From an uncultured Clostridia bacterium (GTDB lineage Bacteria > Bacillota > Clostridia > UMGS1883): a stretch of 64,000 nt of DNA. Positions 19,501 to 28,676 of this stretch are shown one piece after another. The stretch lies in the NCBI GenBank assembly GCA_934454525.1, contig CAKSFM010000002.1:9792-73791 (forward strand), read 5' to 3'. Each line of letters begins with the position of its first letter. The stretch's first letter is position 1. Under the pieces are notes generated by a model. The model saw only the letters and a program-made list of their open reading frames with translations, was not told the DNA's origin and searched no databases. The position numbers and the translations under genes were made by a program.

Positions 19501-19649
19501 TTTTTCTCTGTGCCGGCAGCGCTGTCGCTCCCATCGGGGGATACATAGAACACAATTTTGTTTTCACTTTCTGTTTCCGCCGCCGCTGCCGGAAATACGA
19601 ATGAAAATGTCATTGCAGCAGCCAAAACCGAGGCAAATATTCTTTTCAT
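16593..19649 (-). CDS. Secreted 1018-aa protein: N-terminal right-handed beta-helix domain + CBM-like module + copper-amine-oxidase-N-like C-terminal domain
   Basis: Signal peptide MKRIFASVLAAAMTFSFVFPAAAAE. FYVSPDGSDSAAGTEKKPFQSL...RNLYINGKKAIRARFPN...GEWYLDRAEGYVYYM...LRDGGGIYV. CBM-like module DGNYLVRIYRV...IRTSAVSFTYV. The C-terminus (AVFLKGKSYWFNNG...SLLVSLRAAAEYFGYEF) resembles the Cu-amine-oxidase N-terminal 'stalk' domain. Confidence 0.75.
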   Translation of the reverse strand: MKRIFASVLAAAMTFSFVFPAAAAETESENKIVFYVSPDGSDSAAGTEKKPFQSLARAAKAVAETEKKHDITVYLRGGEYKITEPVSLSQANGGTDKASVTYASYPGETAVLNGGTDIGGWEEQSGGIWRAKVLPDTHFRNLYINGKKAIRARFPNEGSFLTLPGDPDGDEIAIEKNAQLKDFQKTNPPELCVLVEWMEKKLRIAEYSEGESFADVKLFNEEQTALSDAPQGAKISKGRSYWLENSLEWLDCGGEWYLDRAEGYVYYMPRSYENMNEVRAEAGGAETLIRIDGTDAAPVKNVTVENISFTNTGWTRPDECGFVDIQGNSIVPKNMELAKDSQYRHSLKKDKMPGALHVLYADNLTVRGCTFENLAAGGAVFEAGGSDITVTGNNFSEIGGNAIEIGGDYYRAKKSSMYHKNVLVSDNFIEKAASDYYGGVGILAYYVTKLTIEHNYIRDLPYSGISAGWGWAADEAVPEASDYTIRCNKIENFMTQLRDGGGIYVTNPIKGNNVIENNYIIGNSNCFLPTSGTIAVYHDGASDNWTTTGNVCEMFKDPLALQSLVSQAATNITVRSNYSCPSPMRYGDTAENSEKYNLKITSNKTLKSPDWSGEALEIVQNAGLTDKNREPKREVSLKSFYAEISAGAEGAVTLLSDCAADEIFTYSADAPKEIEFTDIDSVKTQGGSRYTVLRYRVSEDAKPGYYAFNIYAKNRKGEAEPLRMGINISESGTTYVNVTDEGYSENGSFTSSTLSGFSTGTRYGYSVGASAVWRADVPADGNYLVRIYRVAHPASDSSAKIDVAYDGGVQTFTVDFTKEPGEWETLGVFPFKADGSGYVKNTRSAESGDSGFIRTSAVSFTYVPADDEKEAYRLSRGIEQVGNSAVFLKGKSYWFNNGIRQSSDKAFASDESDIFVPAKTAAAALGAVYIGGAEECIVKGARGIKLGGGTAFFNGIEKNNAVRYTADGSLLVSLRAAAEYFGYEFFGDGGLFIASEGRKFSPEADKYELEAAKSAFVY

Positions 19650-19654
19650 ACTCC

Positions 19655-22600
19655 CTACCCCCTGATTATATAAATTACGAGTGTGTCCTGATAACGTGTG
19701 CGCACAAAAACATTGTCACCGACAGATATATCACCCTTATCCGCAAGGCTCACATCGCCGTTTTCATAAATATAAACGGCAGCATTCGAAAACGGAACGC
19801 TTCTTATCCAGTTTTCGGCAGCATTTGTGCAGATGAGGAAGCGGCTGCCGAGCATTCTTGTAACATATCCGCGTCCTGTGTAAAGAACGGAATATGTGTT
19901 CGTTTTGCTCAGCGGCTCGCGCCCCGATTCAAGGTGCAGCTTCTCTGACTGCGGCTTATCGGCTTTTATGTCGAGCAGCATAACGATATTTTCTATTTCA
20001 CCGTAGATATTTGTTGAAAACAGAAAACCCTGCCCGGCTTTCACATCCTCCGTAAGCGAAAAGTCATCGTTTTCCGGAATACTGTCCGAATCGTAATGAA
20101 CATAAACAGAGCTTGTTTTGAGTTTTTTATCCTTAAGTTTATAGGAAACCTCTTTCCCTCTGTACCATCCGCACACGTACTTTGCCCATTCGCCGTCATT
20201 GTCAATCTTGTCGATAACGCGCGAAACCACAAGCATCTGACTTGATTTTTCAATTGTCGGAACGGAATCGGCAACTCTTGCCGATATTGCGCCGATTTCC
20301 ATTGCCGAATCAACATCGTACAGATTTATGTTATATTTTGTGTTATAATGCTCCAACAGCTCTTCACCGCCGACCTTATATTCCTCGTCCTTTGCGTCTT
20401 CATCGGATGGAAGAAGAAATACTTCTGTGTCTTTTCCGACAATATAGCGCCCTGAAAAGGACTTTTGCGGTGCACCGATAAATCTGATTGCTTTGTCGGA
20501 ATAATTTTTTGAAAATTCGTTTGCATCATCCGGTTCCGCACCCGTTTTATCCTGCGGCGTTTTAAGAGAGGATATTTCCCCCTTGGTGTTCAGACTTATG
20601 ATTATAAGTCCGTCTTCCTCAATGTTTTCGCTGATTTCCTCACCGTTTGCGGATTTTCCGTTCAGCTTTGCGCCGGAAGCGGTTTTCAGTGTTTTTATCG
20701 TTCCGTCACCGAGCAGCAGCTTAAGTTCAAGTCTGCCGGAGATTCCTTTAACGTTCCCTTTTTTCAGCACACAGGCAAGCTGTTCGCCGCCGCGCCGGAG
20801 CATGCCCTCCGCTGCGGCAATTTCTCCGAGGTCGTTTAAATAAAACACTCCGCTCGCGCCGACTTTTATATCCCCAGCCGTCATCCGCTGCGTCAGCCGA
20901 TACGGTTTTTCATCGATATATACGATTCTTTCGCCGTCATCGTATGATGTTACCGTACCCTCGGCAGTGCTGTCCGATATAAATATGATTTTAACCGCAC
21001 CGCCGTCCGCACAGGCATAACCCACGGTGTTATCCTTTTTAACATCCGAAATTGATGTGCGCCGCCCGTTTTTCACGAATAAAGATTTGGAATCCGACTT
21101 GTACTCAGAATCAATCACTGTTATCCCATCTGACAAGTCAAGTTTTCCCGATGAACGCTTAAGTGACATTACAGTGTCATAAACAACATCGAAAACCTTA
21201 ACGGTATTGCATTTCCCATCGTTGTCCGAGTCAATCAGAACTATAAATCCGTCTTTCGGATTGAGTGTTTCAACGGTAAAATCCGTTTTTGCAAGTCCGT
21301 TATATATAACGTCCGTGTTTCCGTCAAGTACGGCTGTGTGTGTTTTTCCGTTCTGAGTATATTTTATACTGTAAATACTGTCAGTTTGCACAAGGTCTGC
21401 AGCATGAACCACGGTTATGTCATTTCTGACGGAAAGTTCGAGATACACCGCCGTGTCTTTTCCGTTTTCTTCTCTTACATACGCCTTAACGCGGCAGCCG
21501 ATATAATCCCATGCCGTCCGCGTTTTGTCGAACAGCTCTATTCCTCCGAGCGTCATATAATTTTTTCCGAGCGGAGATTTCTGATCAAGCGCGGTAAATT
21601 CATTTCCGTCGACAATGCCCTCAAGCTGCGAAATGTCATGCAGTTTTTTCAGCACAGTCTCCGTTGCGCTATACTCGGTTTTCTCTCCGTAGGAAACAGC
21701 TTCAAGGTATGACGCGTGAAGAAGCTTGTATGAAATATATGCCAGTCCTTCGCGCGTGACTCCGCTGCCGGCATCTCCCGGAGCGGATAAACCCATGCTG
21801 AGCGCCGCTCTTGCATACCCCTCCTTATATCCTCCTGTTGCGGACGCTTTCGGTTTTCTTCCGGCAATATCAACAAAAACCTTGATTGCTTCATCATACG
21901 TTATTGTTTTTTCCGGTCGGAACGACCCATCGGAATATCCCGAAACAAGTCCCGTTTCATATGCTGCGTTTATATATGCCGAATACGGGTTTTCGGGATT
22001 AACATCACTGAAATATGTCAGTCCGTTCTTCCCGATATTCTCCGTTCCTGCAATTTTAAGCGCCGTTTTCACGAATTCTGCGCGTGTGACTGCCTTGCGG
22101 GGATTAAAAAGATTGCCTGCGTCGGGTTCCATAAACCCGAGCGCTGCCATAAATTTTATTTCCTTTGCATATGTACACTCCGAAATGTCCTCAAGCACAA
22201 CCTTATCGTCCGCTTCTGATGGATCGCTCCACTCAAATCTCATCGCATCGGCACGGACCATTGAATTTGCCGCACAATGCAGAATCACCTTGTTTTCGCC
22301 GCTGTTAAAATGGTATGTTCCAAGCTCCATCCAACCCTCGGGCGAATTTGCCATGTCCACAGGCACTTTATCAGTGCCGCCCGAATGAAATATCTCAACA
22401 TAAATTCCGGTTCCGTTGTTGCTGCCGGGATAAGGATTGTAGAGCGAAACCGCATAATATCCGTCCTCAAGCACCGGAGCATATATCGCGTTTCCTCTGC
22501 CGCTCCTATGGCTTCCGCCGTAACCGTTCGTACCCGGTCCGAAAGTTGAATTGCTTTCCGAATAGCCTGCCGAAAGATCGTCAATTATAATTTCATCAGC

Positions 22601-22669
22601 AGCATATGCCGCAACATTCAGCGACAATACTGCCGTAATCACAGCCATAAATATCAGTAATTTTTTCAT
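19655..22669 (-). CDS. SLH-anchored 1004-aa surface protein with N-terminal CBM-like module
   Basis: Signal peptide MKKLLIFMAVITAVLSLNVAAYA. Module DGYYAVSLYNPYP...GWMELGTYHF...VRADAMRFEW. SLH repeats FNPRKAVTRAEFVKTALKIAG and FSDVNPENPYSAYINAAYETGLVSGYSDGSFRPEKTITYDEAIKVF. The C-terminal ~650 aa have no function I recognise. ATGA overlap with the upstream gene. Confidence 0.75.
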   Translation of the reverse strand: MKKLLIFMAVITAVLSLNVAAYAADEIIIDDLSAGYSESNSTFGPGTNGYGGSHRSGRGNAIYAPVLEDGYYAVSLYNPYPGSNNGTGIYVEIFHSGGTDKVPVDMANSPEGWMELGTYHFNSGENKVILHCAANSMVRADAMRFEWSDPSEADDKVVLEDISECTYAKEIKFMAALGFMEPDAGNLFNPRKAVTRAEFVKTALKIAGTENIGKNGLTYFSDVNPENPYSAYINAAYETGLVSGYSDGSFRPEKTITYDEAIKVFVDIAGRKPKASATGGYKEGYARAALSMGLSAPGDAGSGVTREGLAYISYKLLHASYLEAVSYGEKTEYSATETVLKKLHDISQLEGIVDGNEFTALDQKSPLGKNYMTLGGIELFDKTRTAWDYIGCRVKAYVREENGKDTAVYLELSVRNDITVVHAADLVQTDSIYSIKYTQNGKTHTAVLDGNTDVIYNGLAKTDFTVETLNPKDGFIVLIDSDNDGKCNTVKVFDVVYDTVMSLKRSSGKLDLSDGITVIDSEYKSDSKSLFVKNGRRTSISDVKKDNTVGYACADGGAVKIIFISDSTAEGTVTSYDDGERIVYIDEKPYRLTQRMTAGDIKVGASGVFYLNDLGEIAAAEGMLRRGGEQLACVLKKGNVKGISGRLELKLLLGDGTIKTLKTASGAKLNGKSANGEEISENIEEDGLIIISLNTKGEISSLKTPQDKTGAEPDDANEFSKNYSDKAIRFIGAPQKSFSGRYIVGKDTEVFLLPSDEDAKDEEYKVGGEELLEHYNTKYNINLYDVDSAMEIGAISARVADSVPTIEKSSQMLVVSRVIDKIDNDGEWAKYVCGWYRGKEVSYKLKDKKLKTSSVYVHYDSDSIPENDDFSLTEDVKAGQGFLFSTNIYGEIENIVMLLDIKADKPQSEKLHLESGREPLSKTNTYSVLYTGRGYVTRMLGSRFLICTNAAENWIRSVPFSNAAVYIYENGDVSLADKGDISVGDNVFVRTRYQDTLVIYIIRG

Positions 22670-25600
22670 TTTACTTCCTCCGTCAGCATGAGCAGCTCAA
22701 AAATCATTTTTGCCGCCATGGCGCGCGTTGTGTAAGATGCGGGCATAAACGCATGCTCAGCCGTTCCCGACATTATTCCTGCCATCTGCAAACGCGAAAC
22801 CGCACCCTCCGCATACATTGCTATATCGGCAGCATCGTAAAAATCTGCCCGTGCATTTTTTTCATCAAGCGGAATATTGCACCTTTCAGCCGTGCGGTCA
22901 ATTATCACCGCTGCGTCCTGGCGCGTGATAAAGCATCCCGTGCCGAAGTTTTCCTGCGATATTCCTTTAATGATTCCGCTTGAATATGCGCGTTCGATAT
23001 ATGGCGAATACCATTCGTTCTTACTGACATCTGCAAACGTGAGCTGTGCCTCGCCTTTGATTGAAAATGCTTCAGTTATCATTTTCACAAATTCCTCGCG
23101 CGTAACATATCCGTTCGGGCGGAAGCTTTTATCTCCGTAACCGTTTACAATGCTTTTTTCATAGAGGGAAAGTATCGCTTTCTCTGCCCACGGCGTTTCG
23201 GAAAGGTCGCTGAAGCCGTAATATTTCTCTTTATCGGGTGTCTGCTCCGAAGCTCCTCCTTCGATTTTGGCACTTTCGGATTTCACTTTCGGCACACTCA
23301 CACTGCCGCCGCCTCCTCCGCCGCCGGAATTTGAACCTCCGCTCACAGCTGAGTTAAATGCTTTTTGAAATTCTTCCGTGGTTTTAAAGCCTTTTCCGGC
23401 AATTGCTCTAAGCACTTTTTGCTGATTGGATTTTGTCAGCTTTTTATATGCGTCCAGCTTTATTTCCAGAACCCCGTAATTTTCCTCCAGTATATTTTCA
23501 ATTGCACCGTAAGCGCTCTGGTTTATCAGCGCAAGCGGAATTGAAGCGTTATAAGCATTTTTCACCGCCTCCGCGTCGGCAAACGGGCGCTTTGAAGAAA
23601 ATATTTCATTCATGCTTGCCTTGCTGACGAGTGCGTTGTATTTCTCCGCATCAATTCCGAAGAAATCCGCCCAAAGATTAAAGTATCTCCCGAAATCATT
23701 CAGTCCGTTTGCTGCCGCAACGGCTGTGGCATCGGAAAAGAGCTTTGCAAGAATATCGCTGTTCTTTTCCGAATATTCCTTGTTATTAAGAATGACAGTG
23801 CATACATCGGTTTTATCGCGAAGCTCGGAAAATATTTCTTTGACGTTTTCATCGAGTCCTAATTCGCGGTAATATCTTTCTATTGCCGCACAAACGGCGT
23901 CTGTGTCCTCTGCATTATTGAGTGCCGCAAAGGCTTTTTCCACCTCGGCGGAGCTGATATGGTAAAAGTCTGTCTGCGCATATTCTTTTCCGCTTTCCGA
24001 ATTTGCCCGAACAATATATTCTCCTCCGGGAAAGCTTTCGGACGGAACAAAGGTATAATCATATTCGCCGCCTAATATAAAATAATCCGCTGCGGCAAGC
24101 TCGCCGCTGTTTCTGTTATAAATTGCCAGCACGGCATTTTCATTTTCACAGTCCGCACTGATTTTAAACAAAACCGACTTATCCGCATTTTCATTTTTTT
24201 CAAGTGAAACAGTATTTTTCTTTGTAAGATTTGTTAAAAGCGAAAGCTTTTCCGCGTTATCAAACATAAATGCACACACATCGTAAATATCGCTTTTATC
24301 GGCGTCAACCTGCGCTTCAAAATCGGCAAAGCCATCCGAATACGATTTATATTTACCGCTGCTTTTTGCAATGACCTCTTTATCGCTGTTAAGCGCGTAC
24401 ACCGATATTTCCGTGCCGGCAAGCTTTTCCTCGTCATCACGGACGCGGCAAAATGCAGCCGCCTTTCCGTTAACCGAAAATGCTTCGCACTCGTTTCCGT
24501 CCGCATCGGTGTAAACCGTGACAATCGGAGAAAATCCCGCACTGACGTTCAGCTGCGCCGATGCGCCGGCAGCGCTCTCCGTTCCGGGAGCAGTTACTTC
24601 ATCGGTTATTTTAACGTTATATGAATTTTTTCCTCCGATATATTTATCCGTGACAAGGATGAAGTTCTTAAAATCGGATGAAACAAATTTTGCGCTTTCA
24701 CCGTCTATATCGGCACTTAGCGCAGCTTGTGATACGCGTTTGTCGAATTCAAGCGTAAGAACTCCGCTGCGGTTTTCAATTTTTCCTTTCGGCGGAGCGG
24801 AATTTTCCTCTGCAGCTCTGAACATAACCGCGTCGGCACGGAGGTTGTTGTCCGAATACAGCTTCGTAAGCTTGACATAACCCTCGCTGCCGGCTTTAAA
24901 TTCATATTCTCCAAGGCTGTACCATCCGCTTTCATCAAAGCCTGTCAGCGGAATTATCTGCTTGCTTGCACCGTTAGCTCCTAAAATTTCAATCTCCGCT
25001 TCGGGTGTACTTGCCTCGTCATAAATTCTGTAAATCAAAACCTCATACATACCGCCCTTAAGCTCCGGCTGCCACACTGCATATGTTTCCGACGGGTTGT
25101 CAACCTTTCCTGCATAGCGCGTTTGTGAACCCTCATAGCCTGTGAGCGAGCTTGTGCCCCATCCGCCGTAATCCTTATAACCGCTTCCCTCGGTTTCCAT
25201 GTCCGATATAACGGTATCGGCGGCTTCGGTTTTAAAAATGAGATAATCTCCGCGGCTTATGCACTTTCCGTCAGCGCCGCGCACATTGTGCAGCTCAATC
25301 GCATAATCGCAGCCGCGCGCAAGCTCTCCTGCCGGCTTTACAAGGGCATACGAACCGTGATTTTCAACTGTGGCAGCAACATATTCATCTCCTGAAAGAA
25401 GCTTTAATGCTATATGGTCGGAATCAATCGTTGCCGCGTCCGTTTCTCCGTCGAATCTGACAGTAATCGGCTCGGTTGCGGAAACGCCATAATTACTGTC
25501 AAGCGACGCCGAAACGCCCTCCGTTCCGTCATCGGCAATCACGGAAAAGAATCTGCCCGAAGCAAGATTTCCGCCGCCGCGCGTTTTGATTTTCGGGGAA

Positions 25601-26655
25601 AGTCGCAGAATATATTCGCCGTTTTCCTTAAGAGGACAGAGCGCCGTCAGCATAACATCCGCAGATTTATAGCTTGTTTTTTCAGCGGAAAGCGGAACAA
25701 TATCCACGCCGTCGGAAAGCGAATAACAGTCTGAACGGTAAATAAAATCATTCATTTCCGAATCAAACTCAATATAAAATTTTGCATATTTCGGGAAAGG
25801 ATTTGCACTGTCAACAAGCTGTGCATTTGCCGGAGTGAGGTCAATATTCTGCGTTCTGAATGAATATTCAAGCTTTCCGCTGATTTTATTTCCGTCCTCA
25901 TCCTCAAGCGCTTCGGAAATAACAATGCGGTAAGCGCTCCTTATGTCAAGCGGTTGGTTCGGAATTATCCGAGCGCCTTTTCCGCCGTCCGTCGTCTCAA
26001 TATCTGTGGAAATTTTCTTTTCTCCGCAGAAAAGCGAAATATATTCATTTGTCAGAAAGCTTGCGGCAATCGGCTTTGAAAAGGTGATTTCCGGCTGAAC
26101 ATTTATGGAAACAACATCATTTTCCGCCGGACTAACCTTGGTTATAACGGGCGGGGTTTCATCAACCCGAACAAGCTTTACCGCATCCATTCGTGCAATG
26201 CCGCTTCCGCTGCCGCAAAGGCGGATAACTGCTTCTGTATTGTCATCAAAGGCAAAAACCCCTATTTTGTACCAGCCAACGCTGCCGCCCGAAAGGCTGT
26301 AGTTCACGTTTTCGCTGCCGCCTTTTGCATAAACAGTGGCAGTCATCGCACTGTTTCCGCTTCCGATATGGGGACGGTACACATAGACGGAGTATTTTCC
26401 CCCGGTTTCGATTTCTGCGGTAAACAAAGCGCCGATATTGCTTTCCTTGTCAATATATTCATGAGAACCGCGGAACGAATATTTATAAGTACTTTTTGTC
26501 CATTTTCTGTTTGTCGGCTCTTCGCGGCTGTAGCCGGAGTCTGCATTGTCAACAATAATTTCCGTTTCCGATTCGGCAAATGCCTTGAAAGCTCCGTTTC
26601 CGAATGTGCAGAGCATCACAGCCGCAGTCAATAAAATACTCAGAACTTTTTTCAC
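22666..26655 (-). CDS. SLH-anchored ~1329-aa surface protein with two CBM-like modules and Ig-like domains
   Basis: GTG start at 26655 after the RBS AGGAGG (VKKVLSILLTAAVMLCTF...). Modules GGKYSVYVYRP...ARMDAVKLVRV and GGMYEVLIYRIY...LRADAVMFRA. SbsA-type Ig-like segment PPVITKVSPAENDVV. A Gly-rich linker is followed by three C-terminal SLH repeats (FSDLSETPWAEKAILSLYE..., FADVSKNEWYSPYIERAY..., FYDAADIAMYAEGAVSRL...). Confidence 0.78.
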   Translation of the reverse strand: MKKVLSILLTAAVMLCTFGNGAFKAFAESETEIIVDNADSGYSREEPTNRKWTKSTYKYSFRGSHEYIDKESNIGALFTAEIETGGKYSVYVYRPHIGSGNSAMTATVYAKGGSENVNYSLSGGSVGWYKIGVFAFDDNTEAVIRLCGSGSGIARMDAVKLVRVDETPPVITKVSPAENDVVSINVQPEITFSKPIAASFLTNEYISLFCGEKKISTDIETTDGGKGARIIPNQPLDIRSAYRIVISEALEDEDGNKISGKLEYSFRTQNIDLTPANAQLVDSANPFPKYAKFYIEFDSEMNDFIYRSDCYSLSDGVDIVPLSAEKTSYKSADVMLTALCPLKENGEYILRLSPKIKTRGGGNLASGRFFSVIADDGTEGVSASLDSNYGVSATEPITVRFDGETDAATIDSDHIALKLLSGDEYVAATVENHGSYALVKPAGELARGCDYAIELHNVRGADGKCISRGDYLIFKTEAADTVISDMETEGSGYKDYGGWGTSSLTGYEGSQTRYAGKVDNPSETYAVWQPELKGGMYEVLIYRIYDEASTPEAEIEILGANGASKQIIPLTGFDESGWYSLGEYEFKAGSEGYVKLTKLYSDNNLRADAVMFRAAEENSAPPKGKIENRSGVLTLEFDKRVSQAALSADIDGESAKFVSSDFKNFILVTDKYIGGKNSYNVKITDEVTAPGTESAAGASAQLNVSAGFSPIVTVYTDADGNECEAFSVNGKAAAFCRVRDDEEKLAGTEISVYALNSDKEVIAKSSGKYKSYSDGFADFEAQVDADKSDIYDVCAFMFDNAEKLSLLTNLTKKNTVSLEKNENADKSVLFKISADCENENAVLAIYNRNSGELAAADYFILGGEYDYTFVPSESFPGGEYIVRANSESGKEYAQTDFYHISSAEVEKAFAALNNAEDTDAVCAAIERYYRELGLDENVKEIFSELRDKTDVCTVILNNKEYSEKNSDILAKLFSDATAVAAANGLNDFGRYFNLWADFFGIDAEKYNALVSKASMNEIFSSKRPFADAEAVKNAYNASIPLALINQSAYGAIENILEENYGVLEIKLDAYKKLTKSNQQKVLRAIAGKGFKTTEEFQKAFNSAVSGGSNSGGGGGGGSVSVPKVKSESAKIEGGASEQTPDKEKYYGFSDLSETPWAEKAILSLYEKSIVNGYGDKSFRPNGYVTREEFVKMITEAFSIKGEAQLTFADVSKNEWYSPYIERAYSSGIIKGISQENFGTGCFITRQDAAVIIDRTAERCNIPLDEKNARADFYDAADIAMYAEGAVSRLQMAGIMSGTAEHAFMPASYTTRAMAAKMIFELLMLTEEVK

Positions 26656-26701
26656 GATAACCTCCTGTCCGCCGCGCATCGGCAGCCTGTTATTTTCATT
26701 A

Positions 26702-27601
26702 TCAGCCTTTTATCGCACCAACCATAATTCCCTCGGCAAAATACTTCTGAAGGAACGGATAAACGCAGAGAATCGGTAAAATAGCCACTACCAGCGTTGC
26801 ATATTTAAGCGACTGCGTCGGAAGATTTCCGTACTCCGCCATATTCGAGCCGGCTGTCAGCGCCGTTGTTTCCGCCGATGAGATTATTTCACGCATTACA
26901 AGCTGAAGCGTCCATTTGCTTTGGCTTCTTATGTACAGAATCGCGCTGAAATAGCTGTTCCAGTATGATACTGCAATGAACAGTGCAATCGTTGCGATTA
27001 TCGGCTTTGAAATCGGCAGAATAACATCCGTAAGAATCTTTATTTCTCCGGCGCCGTCAATCCTTGCAGCTTCTTCAAGATTTGCGGGAAGTCCCTCAAA
27101 GAAATTTTTCATCAGAACAACATTAAAGCTTGCAAGCATTGTCGGCAGGATGAGCGCCCAAAGGCTGTCGATAAGTCCGATGCTTTTCATAAGATAAAAT
27201 CCCGGGATTATTCCGCCGCTGAAAAGTGATGTGAATATAACATATGTCATGAAAAATCCGCGCCCGGGCAAATCTTTTTTTGAAAGTGCGTATGACATCA
27301 TAACAGTGAGCAGAAGTCCGAGCAAAGTTCCCGTGACTGTGATAAACACTGTGTTTGCATATCCGTTTATAATCATCTTGTTCATAAACACATATCTGAA
27401 AGCCGTGAAGCTGACCTCGCGCGGGATAATCATCAGCGGATTGCTCAGATATGCGTTATAACTGCTGAGAGATACCGCAACAACGTTGATAAACGGGTAA
27501 ACCATTATGCACGCCACAAGTGTGACAAGGATAATGTTTATAACATCGAATGTCACAGAACCGGCGCTGTGCTTTTTTATTCTTCTTTTTTTCATTACCA
27601 A
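26702..27601 (-). CDS. Carbohydrate ABC transporter permease (LplC-like)
   Basis: Six predicted TM helices and the EAA loop LEEAARIDGAGEIKILTDVILP. Confidence 0.88.
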   Translation of the reverse strand: MVMKKRRIKKHSAGSVTFDVINIILVTLVACIMVYPFINVVAVSLSSYNAYLSNPLMIIPREVSFTAFRYVFMNKMIINGYANTVFITVTGTLLGLLLTVMMSYALSKKDLPGRGFFMTYVIFTSLFSGGIIPGFYLMKSIGLIDSLWALILPTMLASFNVVLMKNFFEGLPANLEEAARIDGAGEIKILTDVILPISKPIIATIALFIAVSYWNSYFSAILYIRSQSKWTLQLVMREIISSAETTALTAGSNMAEYGNLPTQSLKYATLVVAILPILCVYPFLQKYFAEGIMVGAIKG

Positions 27602-28542
27602 ACTCCCCCTCCTTCATTGAATCTCCGCGCAAGCGAGTTCGAGGTTATAACAAGAATGAACCCGACCACTGACTGCAAAAGTCCCACTGCGGACGCAATG
27701 TCATATGCTCCGTCAATAAGTCCGAGTCTGTATGTATATGTTTCAAAAACCTCTGATACATCAAGTACAAGAGAGTTCTGCAAAAGGAAAATCTGTTCAA
27801 ATCCGTTTTTCAGCACAACACCCATCCTCATGACGAAAACAACCACAACCGTGTTCATAATTCCGGGGATCGTTATATGGCGGATCATTTTCATTCTGCC
27901 GCAGCCGTCAATCATGGCAGCCTCGTAAAGCTCCGGATTTATTCCCGAAAGCGCCGCAAGATACATAATCGTACCCCACCCCGTTTCTTTCCACACATCG
28001 GTTGCAACAATGATTGTGCGGAAATATTCAGGCTTTTGCAGAAAAGCGATTGACGGTTTTCCCATGGCTTCAAGCACAACATTTATAAGTCCGCCGCTCG
28101 GTGAAAGAAACGTCTGCACAATGCCGACAAGCACAACCCACGAAATGAAATGCGGAAGATAAATCGCCGTTTGAGATATTTTGCGGAATTTCTTTGACGG
28201 CAGCTCGTTTAACATAAGCGCCAGCACAATCGGTGCCGGAAATCCCCACAAAAGCCTGTAAAAGCTTATGAGAAGCGAATTGCGAAGCACCTTTAAAAAC
28301 CCGGGACTTGCAAATATCTGCCTGAAATTCTCCAGACCCACCCACGGACTTCCGCTGATTCCGCTCACAATGTCAAAATCCTGGAATGCCATTAAAAGGC
28401 CGTACAGCGGCATATATGAGAATATAAAAAGGACAATTATTCCCGGAAGCAGCATCGGATACATCCATTTGTACCGGATGAGTCTTTTTTTCAAATCACT
28501 TTTCTTCGGTATCACCGCATTTTCATTTTTTTGCAACATCAT
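27595..28542 (-). CDS. Carbohydrate ABC transporter permease (LplB-like)
   Basis: EAA loop LYEAAMIDGCGRMKMIRHITIPGI. The N-terminal KRLIRYKWMYPMLLPGIIVLFIF is typical of LplB-type permeases. RBS GAGGTGA. Confidence 0.88.
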   Translation of the reverse strand: MMLQKNENAVIPKKSDLKKRLIRYKWMYPMLLPGIIVLFIFSYMPLYGLLMAFQDFDIVSGISGSPWVGLENFRQIFASPGFLKVLRNSLLISFYRLLWGFPAPIVLALMLNELPSKKFRKISQTAIYLPHFISWVVLVGIVQTFLSPSGGLINVVLEAMGKPSIAFLQKPEYFRTIIVATDVWKETGWGTIMYLAALSGINPELYEAAMIDGCGRMKMIRHITIPGIMNTVVVVFVMRMGVVLKNGFEQIFLLQNSLVLDVSEVFETYTYRLGLIDGAYDIASAVGLLQSVVGFILVITSNSLARRFNEGGGVW

Positions 28543-28586
28543 TGCCGCATCTCACCTCGCACGAAATTACACATATCTGTGTTATT

Positions 28587-28615
28587 ATTATATTTATATT
28601 ATAATTGAGTTTCAA
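28587..28615 (-). promoter_or_regulatory. Candidate sigma-A promoter of the ABC/secreted-enzyme operon
   Basis: On the minus strand: TTGAAA (28615-28610), 17-nt spacer, TATAAT (28592-28587), about 45 nt upstream of the permease ATG at 28542. Confidence 0.6.
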
Positions 28616-28676
28616 ATTTTAGTAAACACACCGTTATAACCACTTTTTAAACAAATTCATTCCGCGCGCAGCGAGC

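Noticed and set aside
23300-23335. A GC-rich run (ccgccgcctcctccgccgccgg) encodes GGSNSGGGGGGGS in the 1329-aa SLH protein. It could be a slippage-prone frameshift site or pseudogene signal.
   Set aside because: The reading frame is intact on both sides, and the run sits exactly at a domain boundary before the SLH repeats. A flexible linker is the simplest reading.
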